This document shows, piece after piece, positions 1 through 12,795 of a stretch of DNA of 64,000 nt. The notes beneath the pieces were generated by a model. It saw only the letters and a list, made by a program, of their open reading frames with translations, had not been told where the DNA came from and made no database searches. The stretch spans positions 111,048 through 175,047 of the forward strand of contig NMRA01000256.1 of the NCBI GenBank assembly GCA_002633005.1, written 5' to 3'. The DNA comes from Phoronis australis (Eukaryota > Animalia > Phoronida). The translations under genes and the position numbers were made by a program. The first letter of the stretch is position 1, and each line of letters starts with the position of its first letter.

Positions 1-76
1 ATTTCACTTAGTGGAGGTTGCCTGTGTTGGAAGTGATGGTTGTTTGTATGTTTTCTAAACTCAAATGTTTTTTCAG

Positions 77-950
77 TGAGGGTCTTACCCCTACTCCTTG
101 TAACTCAGTGCAAGGAGCACCGGACTCGGAGGACCTTGCTGCCATGGCGCCGGAAAATATGACAAGTTGTTCTGATGCACAAAGTAAAGGTGATTTCGTG
201 CACACTCAACCCAGAAACGCTCATAAATCGCGCAACAGTGACTTAAGCCAAACGAACAATGACTCATTCGATATCCAGTTTGTCGATTCAGACAACGAGG
301 AAACTGAGAGTGGATCAAATAATAACAATCTGCCTTTCCAGAGTTACTGTGATGAATTGCGCAATGATATGGATGCTAACAATCATCTACTTTTAGAGGA
401 GAGCTTGAAGAAAAATAGGAACTATGATAGCACAGGCTCGTTCAACATCGTCTTTGAGAAATCTTATGGCGGGGCTGACAAAAGCAGCAATGCCGACTCA
501 GTCATTTGTGAGGAGCACTTGGAGGATCTCACCAATGACAGTCGAGAGTCGGTCAATCTCAGTATAAGTCCTAAATCCTTTTCCGTGTCTTCTCATGGGC
601 GTCGCAGATTTCCCCGGAGGAATTCGGACAGCGAGCCAAATCTACCGTTGGTCGCTGGGAGACTGTGGAAGACATCGCCTGGCAATACCTTGGAAGATTT
701 CGACGAATCCCTGTCTGTTTTAACTCGGAACACGAGGTCAGATGACGTGGGCGATAAACGTCGCGGTAACCGGGACAAGCGACTTTTCCTTTACATTCAA
801 ATGCAACTGTGTCGGCGTGAGAGTCTGAAAGATTGGCTGAATGCCAATACTTTGAGACGGGATAGGGGGAACTGTCTGGACATCTTTGACCAGATTGTCA
901 GTGCCATGGAGTACGTGCATGACTCTGGCCTGATGCACAGGGACCTCAAG
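77..950 (+). CDS. EIF2AK3: PERK/EIF2AK3 internal exon (kinase insert to catalytic loop); gene starts upstream of the window
   Basis: tttttcAG acceptor at 75-76. Long acidic/Ser-rich kinase insert, then [17 protein letters not shown]...[13 protein letters not shown] donor at 951. Confidence 0.9.
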
Positions 951-1096
951 GTAGGGAAATAAAGTCTATTGGGTTGTTGTACTGCGGCCGCACTTTGTTA
1001 AATAGGTGAACTTGTGGTCCCCAACACAAAACTATTGTTTATACTTGCGTCTCGCCCACATGCATGTCTAACACGATCCTCTTATTGGCATTAATT

Positions 1097-1187
1097 AAAT
1101 AATTATAATAAATAATTATAATGAATAATTATAATGAATAATTATAAAAAATAATTATAATGAATAATTATAATGAATAAATATAAT
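1097..1187. repeat. AT-rich ~13-bp minisatellite (AATAATTATAATG)
   Basis: About 7 imperfect tandem units in a PERK intron. Confidence 0.8.
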
Positions 1188-1697
1188 GTTGCTATTGAAT
1201 AGAAGTGTTTTCTTCTTGCTATCAAAGGATGTTAACTTTTCACTGGGGTGGGCCAGTGTACAAACTGTTTGTTGCGAGGAATCAAAGAACCAGAAATCTT
1301 GACAAAAAGTTATGACTTTTCAGCTTGTTTTGAAGTAGTGCATGATGTGATGTGTTCATTTTACTAACAATGGAATGAAGTGTGTCGAGGGGCACATCTT
1401 AAGTGTAAACAATCCTTAGCATGAAAAATATGTTGTATAAAGCAAGTTATCAATGCAGGGGCACAATTCAAAAACATGATGACTTCAAAGTTCCTGTTTC
1501 ACTTAAATTCTCAACACCAGTTTACACTGGTTTTATTAGTTCTGTCAGATTGTACATTCAATGTCCTCTCTGGAACAATGGTATTGTTGCAACCAAATGA
1601 AATGATTCATTTTTACTTTAAATGTTACTGTTTATTGTCATTGGCTTTTCTGTTAAGTAAACACTTATTGTTTCATATCTGATTTCTCTTCCTTCAG

Positions 1698-1865
1698 CCT
1701 TCCAACATTTTCTTCTCAATGGACGGCATCATCAAAATTGGCGATTTTGGCCTGGTCACTGCCATGGCGGAATATGACGACGGTCGGCATAAGTCGTCAC
1801 ATCGCAGCCGCAACAGCAAACACACGGACCAAGTAGGCACACAACTATACATGAGCCCAGAACAG
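1698..1865 (+). CDS. EIF2AK3: PERK exon (DFG motif and activation loop)
   Basis: ccttcAG acceptor. Encodes PSNIFFSMDGIIKIGDFGLVTAM...HTDQVGTQLYMSPEQ, typical of PERK. GTGAG donor at 1866. Confidence 0.93.
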
Positions 1866-2243
1866 GTGAGCCCAAATATTCTTTTTAAAAACAAAATGTT
1901 ATTTTGGTTGGCCTTGTGAATATTTCCTGGGAGTTGCGTGATGAATACAGTAGCGTTGTGTTGAAGAGGGTGTGAAACATTGGTTAGTGTGACATTCATT
2001 TCAGCTTTTCTGTTAATATTTGTTGAATTAGGAAAAATCTTGCCATTTGGGATCATTTGAGAAACTCATCCCAGAATGCATCTTCTGATGTTTTGTTCAA
2101 AGATTTTTAAAATTCTAACAGTTAAACGTCCAGATAGTTGTGGTTGGGGACGCCATTCTCACCCCGTGGATTTGGGTTGCGAGTAGTGAGGTCAGAGGTC
2201 GTGCGCGCTGTGTTAAAGGTCAACTTTTTGTCTTTTGTTGCAG

Positions 2244-2408
2244 ATCGCTGGCAAGCCCTACAACTACAAGGTAGACATCTTTGCCATGGGCCTTATCTTC
2301 TTTGAACTTGTCTACCCATTCAGCACACAGATGGAACGCGTGACCACCTTGGTGGATGTGCGGAGAAATGCTTTCCCTCAGAGATTCCGCCGTGAACTGC
2401 CTACCGAG
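2244..2408 (+). CDS. EIF2AK3: PERK exon (subdomains IX-X)
   Basis: ttgcAG acceptor. Encodes [35 protein letters not shown] donor at 2409. Confidence 0.93.
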
Positions 2409-2705
2409 GTATCATGACTGTCTCATTATCACTAATTGATGTCTCGAGTTATTTTAGTATCAATGGTTTACTTTGATTTCAAAATATTTTACCACATGAG
2501 CTACTTAGACTATAATTATTATTATGGATATTGAGCAGAGGACTCTTGTATTTGCAGACTGCTTTTTGTACTAATGTTGGCCTACCTGAACCTTGATCTT
2601 GATCAGTTTATGATTCCTGTTCCGCTTCAGGTGTTACCTGAAATTAAACCGTAAAGAAATCCACAAATCTTGTCCCTGGCAGTTCATTGGATTCACTCAT
2701 TTCAG

Positions 2706-2855
2706 TGTAAGTTCGTCGCACACCTCCTCGCTCACAATCCCAATGACAGGCCAGACATCAGCAACATCCAGGACAGTGAGTTACTTCGGAACTACGAGCC
2801 ACCAAAACCAGTCAAGAAGCACAGAACACGTACAAAGTCCAGTTCTAGTACATAG
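2706..2855 (+). CDS. EIF2AK3: PERK terminal exon
   Basis: tttcAG acceptor. Encodes CKFVAHLLAHNPNDRPD (subdomain XI) to KHRTRTKSSSST. TAG at 2853-2855. Confidence 0.9.
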   Translation, partial: CKFVAHLLAHNPNDRPDISNIQDSELLRNYEPPKPVKKHRTRTKSSSST

Positions 2856-3604
2856 CACACAAAGGAGGGGGGTTTGGTGATGTAGTTTTTTGAAAAAGTG
2901 ACCCTTGGTATTTCTTCTGGGCTGGACATGATCAAAATTCACAACTTGAAAATTGATTAAATTCTTCACAGTCTGTAATAGTTTGCTGCGAATTGTTTTC
3001 CGCTGGTCGTGTTTTGCGCAGTGCTGTAAGCAGAGGGTTAGAACCTTGCTATATCTCATACATGGTTGTCTGTTTCGTACAGTTTGTGATCAAGTTTGAA
3101 TGTACTAGGTATTTTCCATTTTTGTTTGGCCTGATTTGCACCATTATTTGTATGGAACTGGCTCAACAACTTAAAGAAAATCAGTTTTTAAAAAGTGTGT
3201 TCTGTGGCTTCTGTAGATATCTCAAAGGCTTGTCATATCCCATTAACATGCAGCTGAGGTGGAAAGCTAGGGGTACATGTAGGGGTTAGTACAATGGAGA
3301 ATCATGTGGCAAGCAACACAAATGAAATGTGAGCTGATGTCTCAAATTTGTGAATAAGAATCTGAACATTAAGAAAATCCGTGAATGTCACCCTTAATTC
3401 GTGAATTATTGATGCAAGTTTTAGGAGTGGAGCAGTGCTACTATGCCGTTAGACAAAATGGCGTCACTGAATTTGGTGATAATGGTTTAAAATGACTGAG
3501 TCTGATTTCATTGTATTTTCATTTCTGTTATGTTGTATATAGACATTGTGCATAATTGTTACAATTGTTAAGACTTGTTGTAAATATTTTATTTTTTAGT
3601 CAGA

Positions 3605-3610
3605 AATAAA
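3605..3610 (+). terminator. Candidate polyadenylation signal of PERK
   Basis: AATAAA about 750 nt after the stop, with U-rich sequence on both sides. Confidence 0.5.
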
Positions 3611-5682
3611 ACTCTTAAATTTCAAGATTTTTTTTATGTTTGCATTATGCAACTATCAATCACTGTTAACTAAAGTGGTAACAGTAATTTCTAAATAAGC
3701 TATACAAACTTTGACCAGACTCTTGTCAGACGTAATACTTTGACAAACTTCTTGCCAGATTCTTGTTAGTTAAGTCGAATTTTTGACATAATTAAAACTG
3801 GCAATTTTTTAAACTGAATTTTTTGAAACTTTAGTAGAGTTGAATGGACGTTGCTATGCCTTGCATAGTATGTTGTTGAGATTTGACAGACTGTATGGTG
3901 CAAAACCGGTCAAGATTTAGTCAGCACTGAAATGAAATACAAGCGAAAAAATTGGTATTTCGTCAAAACTTTTTGATTTTCGATGGTGTCCAGTTTATTT
4001 TGAAAACTAACTGTAGCAGGCTCCATCTGCAGCCATTGTGGCAGGCAGACCTACAAAAAATGCACTCTAAAATTGTTTACATTGTGTGAACTCCCGTCAC
4101 AAAAACATTGCTATTTAGACCACTTCACATGGAATTTTCCTTAAATTGTTCTGGCCATTGTCAGACGAGAGGCTTGGAAAAAACTGGCATTTTGTTATTG
4201 CTCAAGACCAGCTTCCACAAATTAACTAGTCACAGCATCTCATTTTATACTTGCCATTGCCAGCCAAATGGCTGAAATCAAGGACGGTGTCAACCATTAA
4301 ATATATTTTCCTCCTCTGCAACAATCAACACTGCATATTGTGACTAGAGATTGATATTTCAAGTGAACGTTACCTCCAAAAACCACTCACCGACAGTTTT
4401 TTAAATAAGACAATAAAGAACAATTCAAGCATCTATAAACCTAAACCAACATCCCATGAAAAAAGTGATCTTTTCATTAACACCACTTACCGCTGTAAAA
4501 TTGCTCTCAAATTTAAAGTGATTTGTGGGCTTGCAAACAAAATGACAGTTTGTAATTCCTCAAGACCATGGTCAGTGCATAAAACTCAGTAACAAGCCAA
4601 CTTGTAGATCCCAGTCTAGAGCAATAACAAAATGTCAAGTCTTTCGAAGCACTGCAATCACTTCCAATATGACTAAGGTAAAATTTGAGATCAGTTTCAC
4701 AACAGTACGTGGTCTAAATTAAAATACCGTTCTTGTGATGGGAGATGAGTTTATAGACACTTTAATCATTTGCAACTGCATAGAAATGCAATTTGTAATG
4801 GAGACAGCAAATAGAAAAGAGAAAAACAAAACTTCACAAAGTTTCATTAATTTTGTTAAAGCATAATCACGAGGATACAACCAACAGGTGGAGAACAGCA
4901 ACCTACATGTACATCATCTCACAAACTCGACTTGTACAATGATATGATATTGTATATGTATACAACGCGAACACAAAATGTTACTGATAAAAGTAATGTT
5001 GCTACCTTCCAATCAATGCTGTGGCTAAATCATTAGATTTTTTGGTGTCAAGCGTTACAGGAAGGTTGTGCAACCTCATGCCTATGAATTAAGACAAAAC
5101 TGATATATCTTCAATAGCAACACCTCATTCATTCAACAAATCACCCCAAAACAGAAAAATGTTAGATAATTAGTAATAGCCCACATTCCACATGAAACTG
5201 CAGGTTTAAAAACATAATTGAACGATGAGACAGTTTAGTGTTGTACAAAGTTAATGATTGACAATGTAAAGAGAAACACGCAGACATACGCAACTTATAA
5301 CCACTTGATAGTAAATTCCAAGAACCTCTAAATACAACAGGTGAGATTTTAGTAGCACTGTAAACCAAAACAAAGTACACAAACCAAATTGTATATGCTG
5401 CTAAAAAATTTGAAAGACAAAAAATGAAAATCTAACTCAAACAAAACGTTACACTTTAATTCTCAGTTGCCTTTAAAATGGCTTCAGAAAAATAGTAGCT
5501 TAATTGTCAAAAGAGCACCACTCCCCATTATGATTAGAAAATTCCAAAAACCCAGATTTAAACTAGTCCAAGGGAGGATTTCATCTTAACTTGAAATCAA
5601 CTAAATTTTTTTCAAATGAATTGAAATATGATTTTTTTGAAAATAGAACACAATAAGAAAAAATAGTTCACGGGACAATTTC

Positions 5683-5846
5683 TTAAGCAAACGACATGAC
5701 CGTATTCTTAATGATGCCGATGCACTCTTCCAATTCGTTGTCGTTGATCACGAGGGGCGGAGCAAATCTGATGATGTCACCATGGGTGGGCTTAGCTAGC
5801 AGACCGTTCTCTCTCAAGCGAAGACAGACTTCCCAGGCATCAAAAG
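5683..5846 (-). CDS. OAT: Ornithine aminotransferase, last exon
   Basis: Encodes [34 protein letters not shown]...VMSFA. TAA at 5683-5685; AG acceptor at 5848-5847. Confidence 0.95.
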
Positions 5847-6289
5847 CTTGAAAACATCAGAAAACGATACAATTTGCGAGAATACCAAAGAGTCACTGTA
5901 CAAAGAAAGTCTGGCACAACTCATACCCAGACAAAAAAGGTTTTTTAATAACTTCTAATTTGAATGCTTAGATGGAGTGATGAACAACCCTTGATAGGTT
6001 TTGATTTAAGAACTCAAAGCTCAAAGCTTCCTGAAAAGCCTGAACCTTTTAGCTTAAATTGGGTAGGAGTGGTGTGACCAATTTCATCATTTTCTATCAA
6101 AAACTATTTCCAAAAAAATAATTATGCAAAACGTGCAGCATATTCAGTTACACCTGCAACTTTGTTTGATCAAAAGTTAAAGTGTTTGAAATGATTTTTA
6201 TATGAATTTATATACTAAAAATTCCTAGGAATGGAATCATGTGATAAAAATGGCTGCCAAAAATTCATCTGGTTAAAGTGAACATTTAA

Positions 6290-6464
6290 AGGCGGAGGCA
6301 ACCTTTTTTCATGTCATTTTTAGCAAAAATAAGGTTCGTCGATTATCCCAGACATATTTTTCAGTTAATTATAGCGTTTTGTAATTTAAACAATTACCCG
6401 TCCTCTACTCCGGAAGTGACGTTTTGGGAGGCAAAAATTTCGCGAAAAAAGGTCGCTTTCACCT
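6290..6464. mobile_element. 175-bp Kolobok-like mini element in the last OAT intron
   Basis: TTAA|AGGCGGAGGCAACCTTTTTT...AAAAAAGGTCGCTTTCACCT|TTAA. The first ~155 bp match the ends of the element at 27472-28792. Confidence 0.8.
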
Positions 6465-7019
6465 TTAATAAGTCAAAGGAGGTATTCCACACAAATGCTG
6501 CCATGACTGGTATCAGACTGCTGATCATTCAGTCAAATAAAATGGGGGTGTAATCTCATAGGAGACATTGAAGATAATGTAGAATGTATTTTGGAAAGAA
6601 TGTCAAAAGCACAATTGGATCTCTGTACTCTTACTGAACAACCCAAGCTGGTAAAAAACAAATAACGGCAACAGACCCATTCAAGTTGTATGTGCAGGTT
6701 ATAAAGCAATATGTCACCAAACAATTTCAAAGTGACAAACTGACAATATCTGCATTTTAATTGAGAACGAGACTTGGACAGACAGAAAACCCATAGCTCA
6801 AGCCACAATTTGGTTCAATCCACAGTAGAGCTTTCAAAAACAAAGTTTATGAAACCTCTTCTTGGAAATTGTCAAAGTATCGGAGTAGAAGCTTTCGTCA
6901 ATTTTTTTAACAAACAAAAAATAGGCATGACAACTTATCTTTCACCTGGCTTCTTTTGAGGAACTCATTGTTAATTTCACAAAATTAGACGAAGTATGAC
7001 ACCTGGGTTGATGACTCAC

Positions 7020-7158
7020 CTGGGTTGATGACAATAGCGTTCAACAGCCCTTTGCCCCTGACTTGTGACACGACATCCTTAGGCATCTTAGATAGTTCCT
7101 GTCTCAGCACAGCGCCGAGGCGGGCGGAATTTTGCGCCAAGTTTTCTTCTTCCAACAC
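7020..7158 (-). CDS. OAT: OAT coding exon 7
   Basis: Encodes [11 protein letters not shown]...[20 protein letters not shown] donor. Confidence 0.95.
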
Positions 7159-7432
7159 CTTGAAAAAAGTGAAAAATTCACCATCAAAAACACAAAGGGA
7201 GTCCGTGATGGTGTGTTGCTTTCAGCATGCTCTAAGTTTCATTTCCATTCCAAAGTTCACGCAGTAAGCGCACCAAGTGAAATCAGTAATGCAACACAGT
7301 CAAATTTCTAAAACAGAGGTCAAGGAGTTGTGTGGATTTTAAGGCAAGAATGTACGAACAAAGAATTAGAACTACAAGACACTTCAGCCTTATTTCTATT
7401 TCAGCCCTTGTGGATTACTTCAGTGTGTTTAC

Positions 7433-7546
7433 CTCAAGTGCTGCCATAGCAACAGAGCATGCCAATGGATTTCCTCCATAGGTGGAGCCATGTTCACCAG
7501 GCTTGATTTGCAGCATGATGTCATCATCACAAAGAACAGCGGCAAC
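7433..7546 (-). CDS. OAT: OAT coding exon 6
   Basis: Encodes [38 protein letters not shown]. Confidence 0.95.
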
Positions 7547-8279
7547 CTGGGATTGAATGAGATTTTACATAGAATATCAAAATACATAAAAATAAACATC
7601 ATGCCCTTTACTCACACATACACAGAATCTACTCGGTCAATAAAAATACACTGTTAGTTAGTTTCAAAATAAACTGAATGATGCCACCTTTGTTGAATTT
7701 TTTTAATTAATAAGCGAGCTCATTTCAATTCTCTGGCTCAATCTTGAGAGGTGTTGCTCCACACAATTTGTTGAAATGCGACAAGTTCATTCAAAAATAA
7801 AAGTTATCAGCTAGGTGTCATGACGAATCATTCAACTCCGTCCAAATTTTAACAAAAAGGCTACTTTACTGAGACAAAAATTGTGAAAAGTGAAACTGCA
7901 AAATAACTCTGGCAAGAAGTTTGTCAAAGTTTGACAGATTCTGGCATATTTCTGTCATAAAATTCTTCATAAGAGATATGATTTGTAGATGTCTATTGCG
8001 ATTGCATAATCAGCAAATCAAAATTATCAAATAGTGGAAGTATATACAGTTTTAAATATTTCAACATAACATTGAAACATAAGAAGACATAATTTCTACT
8101 CACATGGTAATATTAAGCAAGGTAAGCATATCAGAAATATTGGAAGACAGTCCGATAAAGCTAATTATTTTGAAAAGAATGTCACTGTCAATCATAATGT
8201 ATTCTTGTTTAACGTCTGACTCATGATACTTTTCAGGCAGAGTAAAGTGAAGAAGACTTATAACAATCTATCAGCTCAC

Positions 8280-8358
8280 GGGATAGACGCCTCCTGATAA
8301 AGCTTTGCCCAGCAGAACAATATCTGGTCGCACGTCCTCATGGTCAACACACAGTCGC
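8280..8358 (-). CDS. OAT: OAT coding exon 5 (PLP-binding lysine)
   Basis: Encodes [26 protein letters not shown], the class-III aminotransferase PLP site. Confidence 0.95.
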
Positions 8359-9050
8359 CTGAAACGGAGCAAGTGTCAATCAAATCTTCAGAATAGACAT
8401 CTTGAGTGCAATCACAAGTCTGACATGATTTCACCTTTGTAAAGTCCTGTAGTTAAATCCCCATGCATTGCTATTAGGTCATGTCCAAAGTGCAGAACTG
8501 CTGTAAATCAAGCAGCAATCAATGAACTCCATCTAGTCCAAAGTTTTACGAGATGTAAACTTGCCGCATTAAAAACCTTTTAAAAGGGTTTCACCTAAGA
8601 AATGACAAACCAAGACAAAGGTGTTTTAAGACGGAACTTCACGGAGCATTGAAATTGCTACCAAACATGGTTTCAGGAAACAAAATTTCTTCGTAGGTAT
8701 ATCGTATTCTTCGAACTCAAGTAATATCATAATTTGCCGTTCTTGTTTTAAAATTTCAATTGGTTACAATGAGGTCTGGATGGCATTATTTTTTGTCTAG
8801 TCACATGCAGGATTGGACACCTAGTTGTAATGTTTACACTGTCTGGGCATTGGAGTTATATCGTGGTCAGAAAATTCTAGTCACCGAATTGTTCTGTCCT
8901 AGGATTGGAATGACAAATGAGAAAAAAGGAAAAATTCACAGGCAATGTATCATTCCAACTGACACCAACCATCATCACAGACAATGTTGGAAATTTACAG
9001 CACTATGTGTCAAGTGAAGGGGTTTGCCAGAATTGCCATTGGGGCACTAA

Positions 9051-9621
9051 GGGCTGTTCCAGTAAAATCTGTGTGGCAGGGGGGGAAGGCACCTTTTTTC
9101 GCACCCACCACCCATATTTTTTATTTATTTCTTCAGCCTACCACCCGTAATTTTTCATAAGTTTGAAATGCAACCACCCGTAATTTTTTTTGTTCTTGTG
9201 GTTGACTGCACAGGCGCTTGAGTTTATCTGTTCCTCCATCACCACTAACGTCATTCATTACTAAGAAAACATGTTTCTTATATATGGTTATTAGCCATCG
9301 AGAAATTCGAGCAAATGTGGTTAAATGGTGTTATGGGCATGCCGATGAGGAGATCGGAGGGAGTGAAAAAGTCGGAGCTTTTTGCAAGTTGCATTTTTGT
9401 TTCAGTTTTTGATTCTGTGTGGATTGTTTATAGAATTTACTGAAATTACCCACCATCAAACATTTATGGCCCAATGAAACAACAACGACCTGTAAATTTT
9501 TATTTTTTTGAAGTACGACCACCAGCCATTTTGAATTTAAATCAAACGCAACCACCCATAAATTTTTAATTCAGTTGCCTTCCCCCCCCCCCCTCCCACA
9601 CAGATTTTGCTGGAACAGCCC
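9051..9621. mobile_element. MITE with TAA TSD (PIF/Harbinger- or Zator-like)
   Basis: TAA|GGGCTGTTCCAGTAAAATCTGTGTGG...CCACACAGATTTTGCTGGAACAGCCC|TAA. Confidence 0.85.
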
Positions 9622-10082
9622 TAAGCAAAATTCACACTGCCAGAGATTTTTTACATTCTTATGTCATTGGCAATCTCCTTGAACACGTAATTGCCTGGGT
9701 ATCTCTTGGCTGCACATCAACAGACTACAGCTGTCAACCAGTAGATGTACGTCCACGAAAAAGAAGACAAGCAGAGCAATGACCACACTTTCAAAGGTGC
9801 AAAAAATCGACAAATTCAATCTAAAATAAAATAACACAAGATGGCTTAACCAGAAACAGAACACCTCGGTGGAAATCTAGAAGTTACGTTACCTCATGTT
9901 ATTTCAGAACTTGGATTTTAGTTCTTTTGACAAGAGTAAATCCAAACAGAGCCAGACTGGTGACAGCAATAGATACAAGCTCCAACATAACAGGTGCACA
10001 CGCTGAGTACCCAGCACGAGCACCTTCAATACCACCATTATCAACAAGGTAATGTGACATTTTAACTTCAAAACGCATTTAC

Positions 10083-10255
10083 CTTCCTGTTCTGTGCAAC
10101 CCTGTTTGTACCTCATCAGCTATGAACAGGACGTTGTGCTTGCTGCAGATCTCCCGCACCCCCTTCAAGTAGCCATCGTCAGGCACCTTGACTCCTGCCT
10201 CTCCCTGGATCGGCTCTACCATAAATGCACAGACGTGGGGATCCTTGCAAGCCTC
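10083..10255 (-). CDS. OAT: OAT coding exon 4
   Basis: Encodes [22 protein letters not shown]...[16 protein letters not shown]. Confidence 0.95.
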
Positions 10256-11033
10256 CTAAACACATGGAACAGTAAATATGACAAGTGCAAATTATCAGTA
10301 AAAAAAATTATTGATAGAAGATCAAAATTTTTGTGTCGATAAGTTGCAAAGGAAATATTTTAAGGAGTCACAGCAATCAAAATTCATTTTTCCTACATCG
10401 TGGAGAAGAGAATTCACAATGTATGACTGATCAACTTTTTGAAATGACTCAGTAACTTATGAGAAGAAAAAGAGAAGCAAAGGATACATTGTGTAACGAA
10501 GAATAATTATAATCCAGGTGATCACACAGCAAAGCAGCACTAAACAACTTGAAGTAACAATAGTGAAAACACCAGGGGGTCAAGTGCGTCACTGAGAATC
10601 TAAATCACCAAACACAGGTAAGGCATTTGAACTTGAGCAATTCCACCCAACTTCTGAAAGTAGATGCAACTAACAGTTTCAAAATAAAATTAAGTTCCGA
10701 CACACAAAAACGTGACTGAATTCTTTTTGACCAGAGCATGTTTCCATGTGAGCAAATTCTCAACAAAATCTCAAAAGGTGTTGTTCCATGCACTTTATCA
10801 AAATCACAACACCTTGACTTCCAAGTCCATATACAAATAAAAATTAGCAATTAGGCACTATTACACGACATTAAACTCTGACTGAAGTGCTGACAAAATG
10901 TCATTTTTTATGACCAACATTTGACTGAACTGTCAAAGTCTAGCAAGAAGTTTGTCCGAGTTTGGCAGAGTTCTGACAAAATCTGTCTAGTTTACTTTGA
11001 AGATTGTCTGAAACACGTAATTGTGTGACCTAC

Positions 11034-11257
11034 CTCCAAAGCATTCAGGTCATTGTATGGAATAATGATATTGTTTGGCATGAATGGACCGAAGCCATCG
11101 TAGCTGCTGGGGTCTGTTGAGCTGGAAATGGCAGCTAATGTGCGACCCCAGAAATTTTCTTCTGCGAAGATGGTCTTGGCCTGGTTTGTCGGCACCTTCT
11201 TAACGTTGTAGGCCCACTTGCGCGCCAGCTTGTTGGCAGTCTCACCCGCCTCAACGC
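11034..11257 (-). CDS. OAT: OAT coding exon 3
   Basis: Encodes [17 protein letters not shown]...[16 protein letters not shown]...PYNDLNALE. Confidence 0.95.
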
Positions 11258-12409
11258 CTGACAACAAAATACAGACTGAGCCACCTGGAGTTTTATTGAC
11301 CAATTGTGATAAATCCTGAGAAGATGAAGATCCTCTCCGCCTTGATTTCACTCAGTGTGTGGCAATGATTCCATGGTTGCACCTTTAAATATCAGCTTCA
11401 ATCCACAAATTTCATTCTCGGCTACCTAAACTCGACACAAGCACCAAAACTACTCCATACTGATGACTAACCTCTATCCATTGGGACACTAAACTATAGC
11501 TCCAGACTCACAACTGCAGTCCTTGGACACGGAGTCTATGCACCGTGTATGTGCATCTGGGCATGAATTTTTTTGAATGCTTGAACTGTGATTTGTGAGC
11601 CTAGTACTGAGTTTGAAAGTCTTGAGCTGTGTTTGTGAGTCTGGGCACAAGTTTGTAAGTCAGTAAACCGAGTTTATTGTGTCTGCGAGCTGTATTTATA
11701 AGTGTGAAGCTACGTTAACAAGTGCGTATAGGTAGCTTGTAGTAGATTTTATGTTCTTGAAACAACTGGTATTTCTCAAGCAACAAACCGATAGAATTTC
11801 TCCGACAGACATCCAAACGAACAAACGAGAGTGCTCTGACCAGAAACACCTGGCAAAATCAGTTGAAAAATTTGGTGTTGAGGTTGATGAAAACAAGAAG
11901 ACCAACGACCACTACACCAATGTCCATCACAATGATATACGGTAAACGAAAACCTAACAGAAGTGTATTGAGGAATTTGTCAATAAAAAGAATGGTCATC
12001 AAAACAGAAAATCTTGAATAACTCCAAAACTGTAAGTTGTTCTGAAATGGGAGGCACAATGCTGTTAGTGCTTCATGAGATATATACACGTAACAAATTT
12101 CCGCAATGATAAAAGTAAAATGGCCGCAGATTTAAACTAAAACCAATAGGCCTCGAAATATCAATGAGATGTATGTTGTGTGAAAATATCGTGTTGATGG
12201 GATGAAAAATGCAAACTGTAGAGAGCAAACAAATAAACAAAAAAAAACAAACTTCATACACAATTAAGGTACTTGAATGGAGGAATAAGTCGCGTGATCT
12301 GATACATGTTGCATCAGACGTGAACAGGTCACTCAGCCGGGCCCTTTGCACCAAACACCTGAAACCAATTATATTACATAACACACATAAACATACTACA
12401 GTCACAAAT

Positions 12410-12532
12410 TAAGGCAGAGCTGCGGAGCTAGAGACTTGACTCAAGAGTCTAGCCATGTGGTCCAGTGACATTCGGACCTACGACCTTGTGAACAGGAAGT
12501 GGACACTGAACCCACTGAGCCACAATCCCCCA
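12410..12532 (-). mobile_element. Degenerate tRNA-derived SINE head
   Basis: Minus strand has TGGCTCAGTGG (A box) and GGTCCGAATGTC (B-box-like). No complete cloverleaf. Confidence 0.45.
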
Positions 12533-12570
12533 TCAGGAATTTCATTTCACCAAGTATCAAACACACAAAC

Positions 12571-12795
12571 CTGTGTTCATTGGGAGGACTTTATCATAAC
12601 CAAACATTTTGGTAATGTACTCTTCATACATTCCAAGATTTGATGCGTAGAAAGCTCGCGAGGTCAGTGTCAGAGTCTCGGCTTGCTTCTGAAGCGCAGC
12701 CACAATCTTGGGGTGACAATGACCCTGGTTGACAGCACTGTAGGCACTCAGAAAGTCGAAGTAGCGATTACCATCAACGTCCCAGACATGAATAC
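12571..12795 (-). CDS. OAT: OAT coding exon 2
   Basis: Encodes [31 protein letters not shown]...DKVLPMNT. Confidence 0.95.

Noticed and set aside
18-76. ORF-track start of the kinase as a protein N-terminus
   Set aside because: Lies upstream of the AG acceptor at 75-76, so it is intronic read-through. The PERK N-terminus is outside the window.
12410-12532. tRNA gene
   Set aside because: Only degenerate A/B boxes and no cloverleaf; better read as a SINE head. The same applies to 35865-35930 and 51975-52092.
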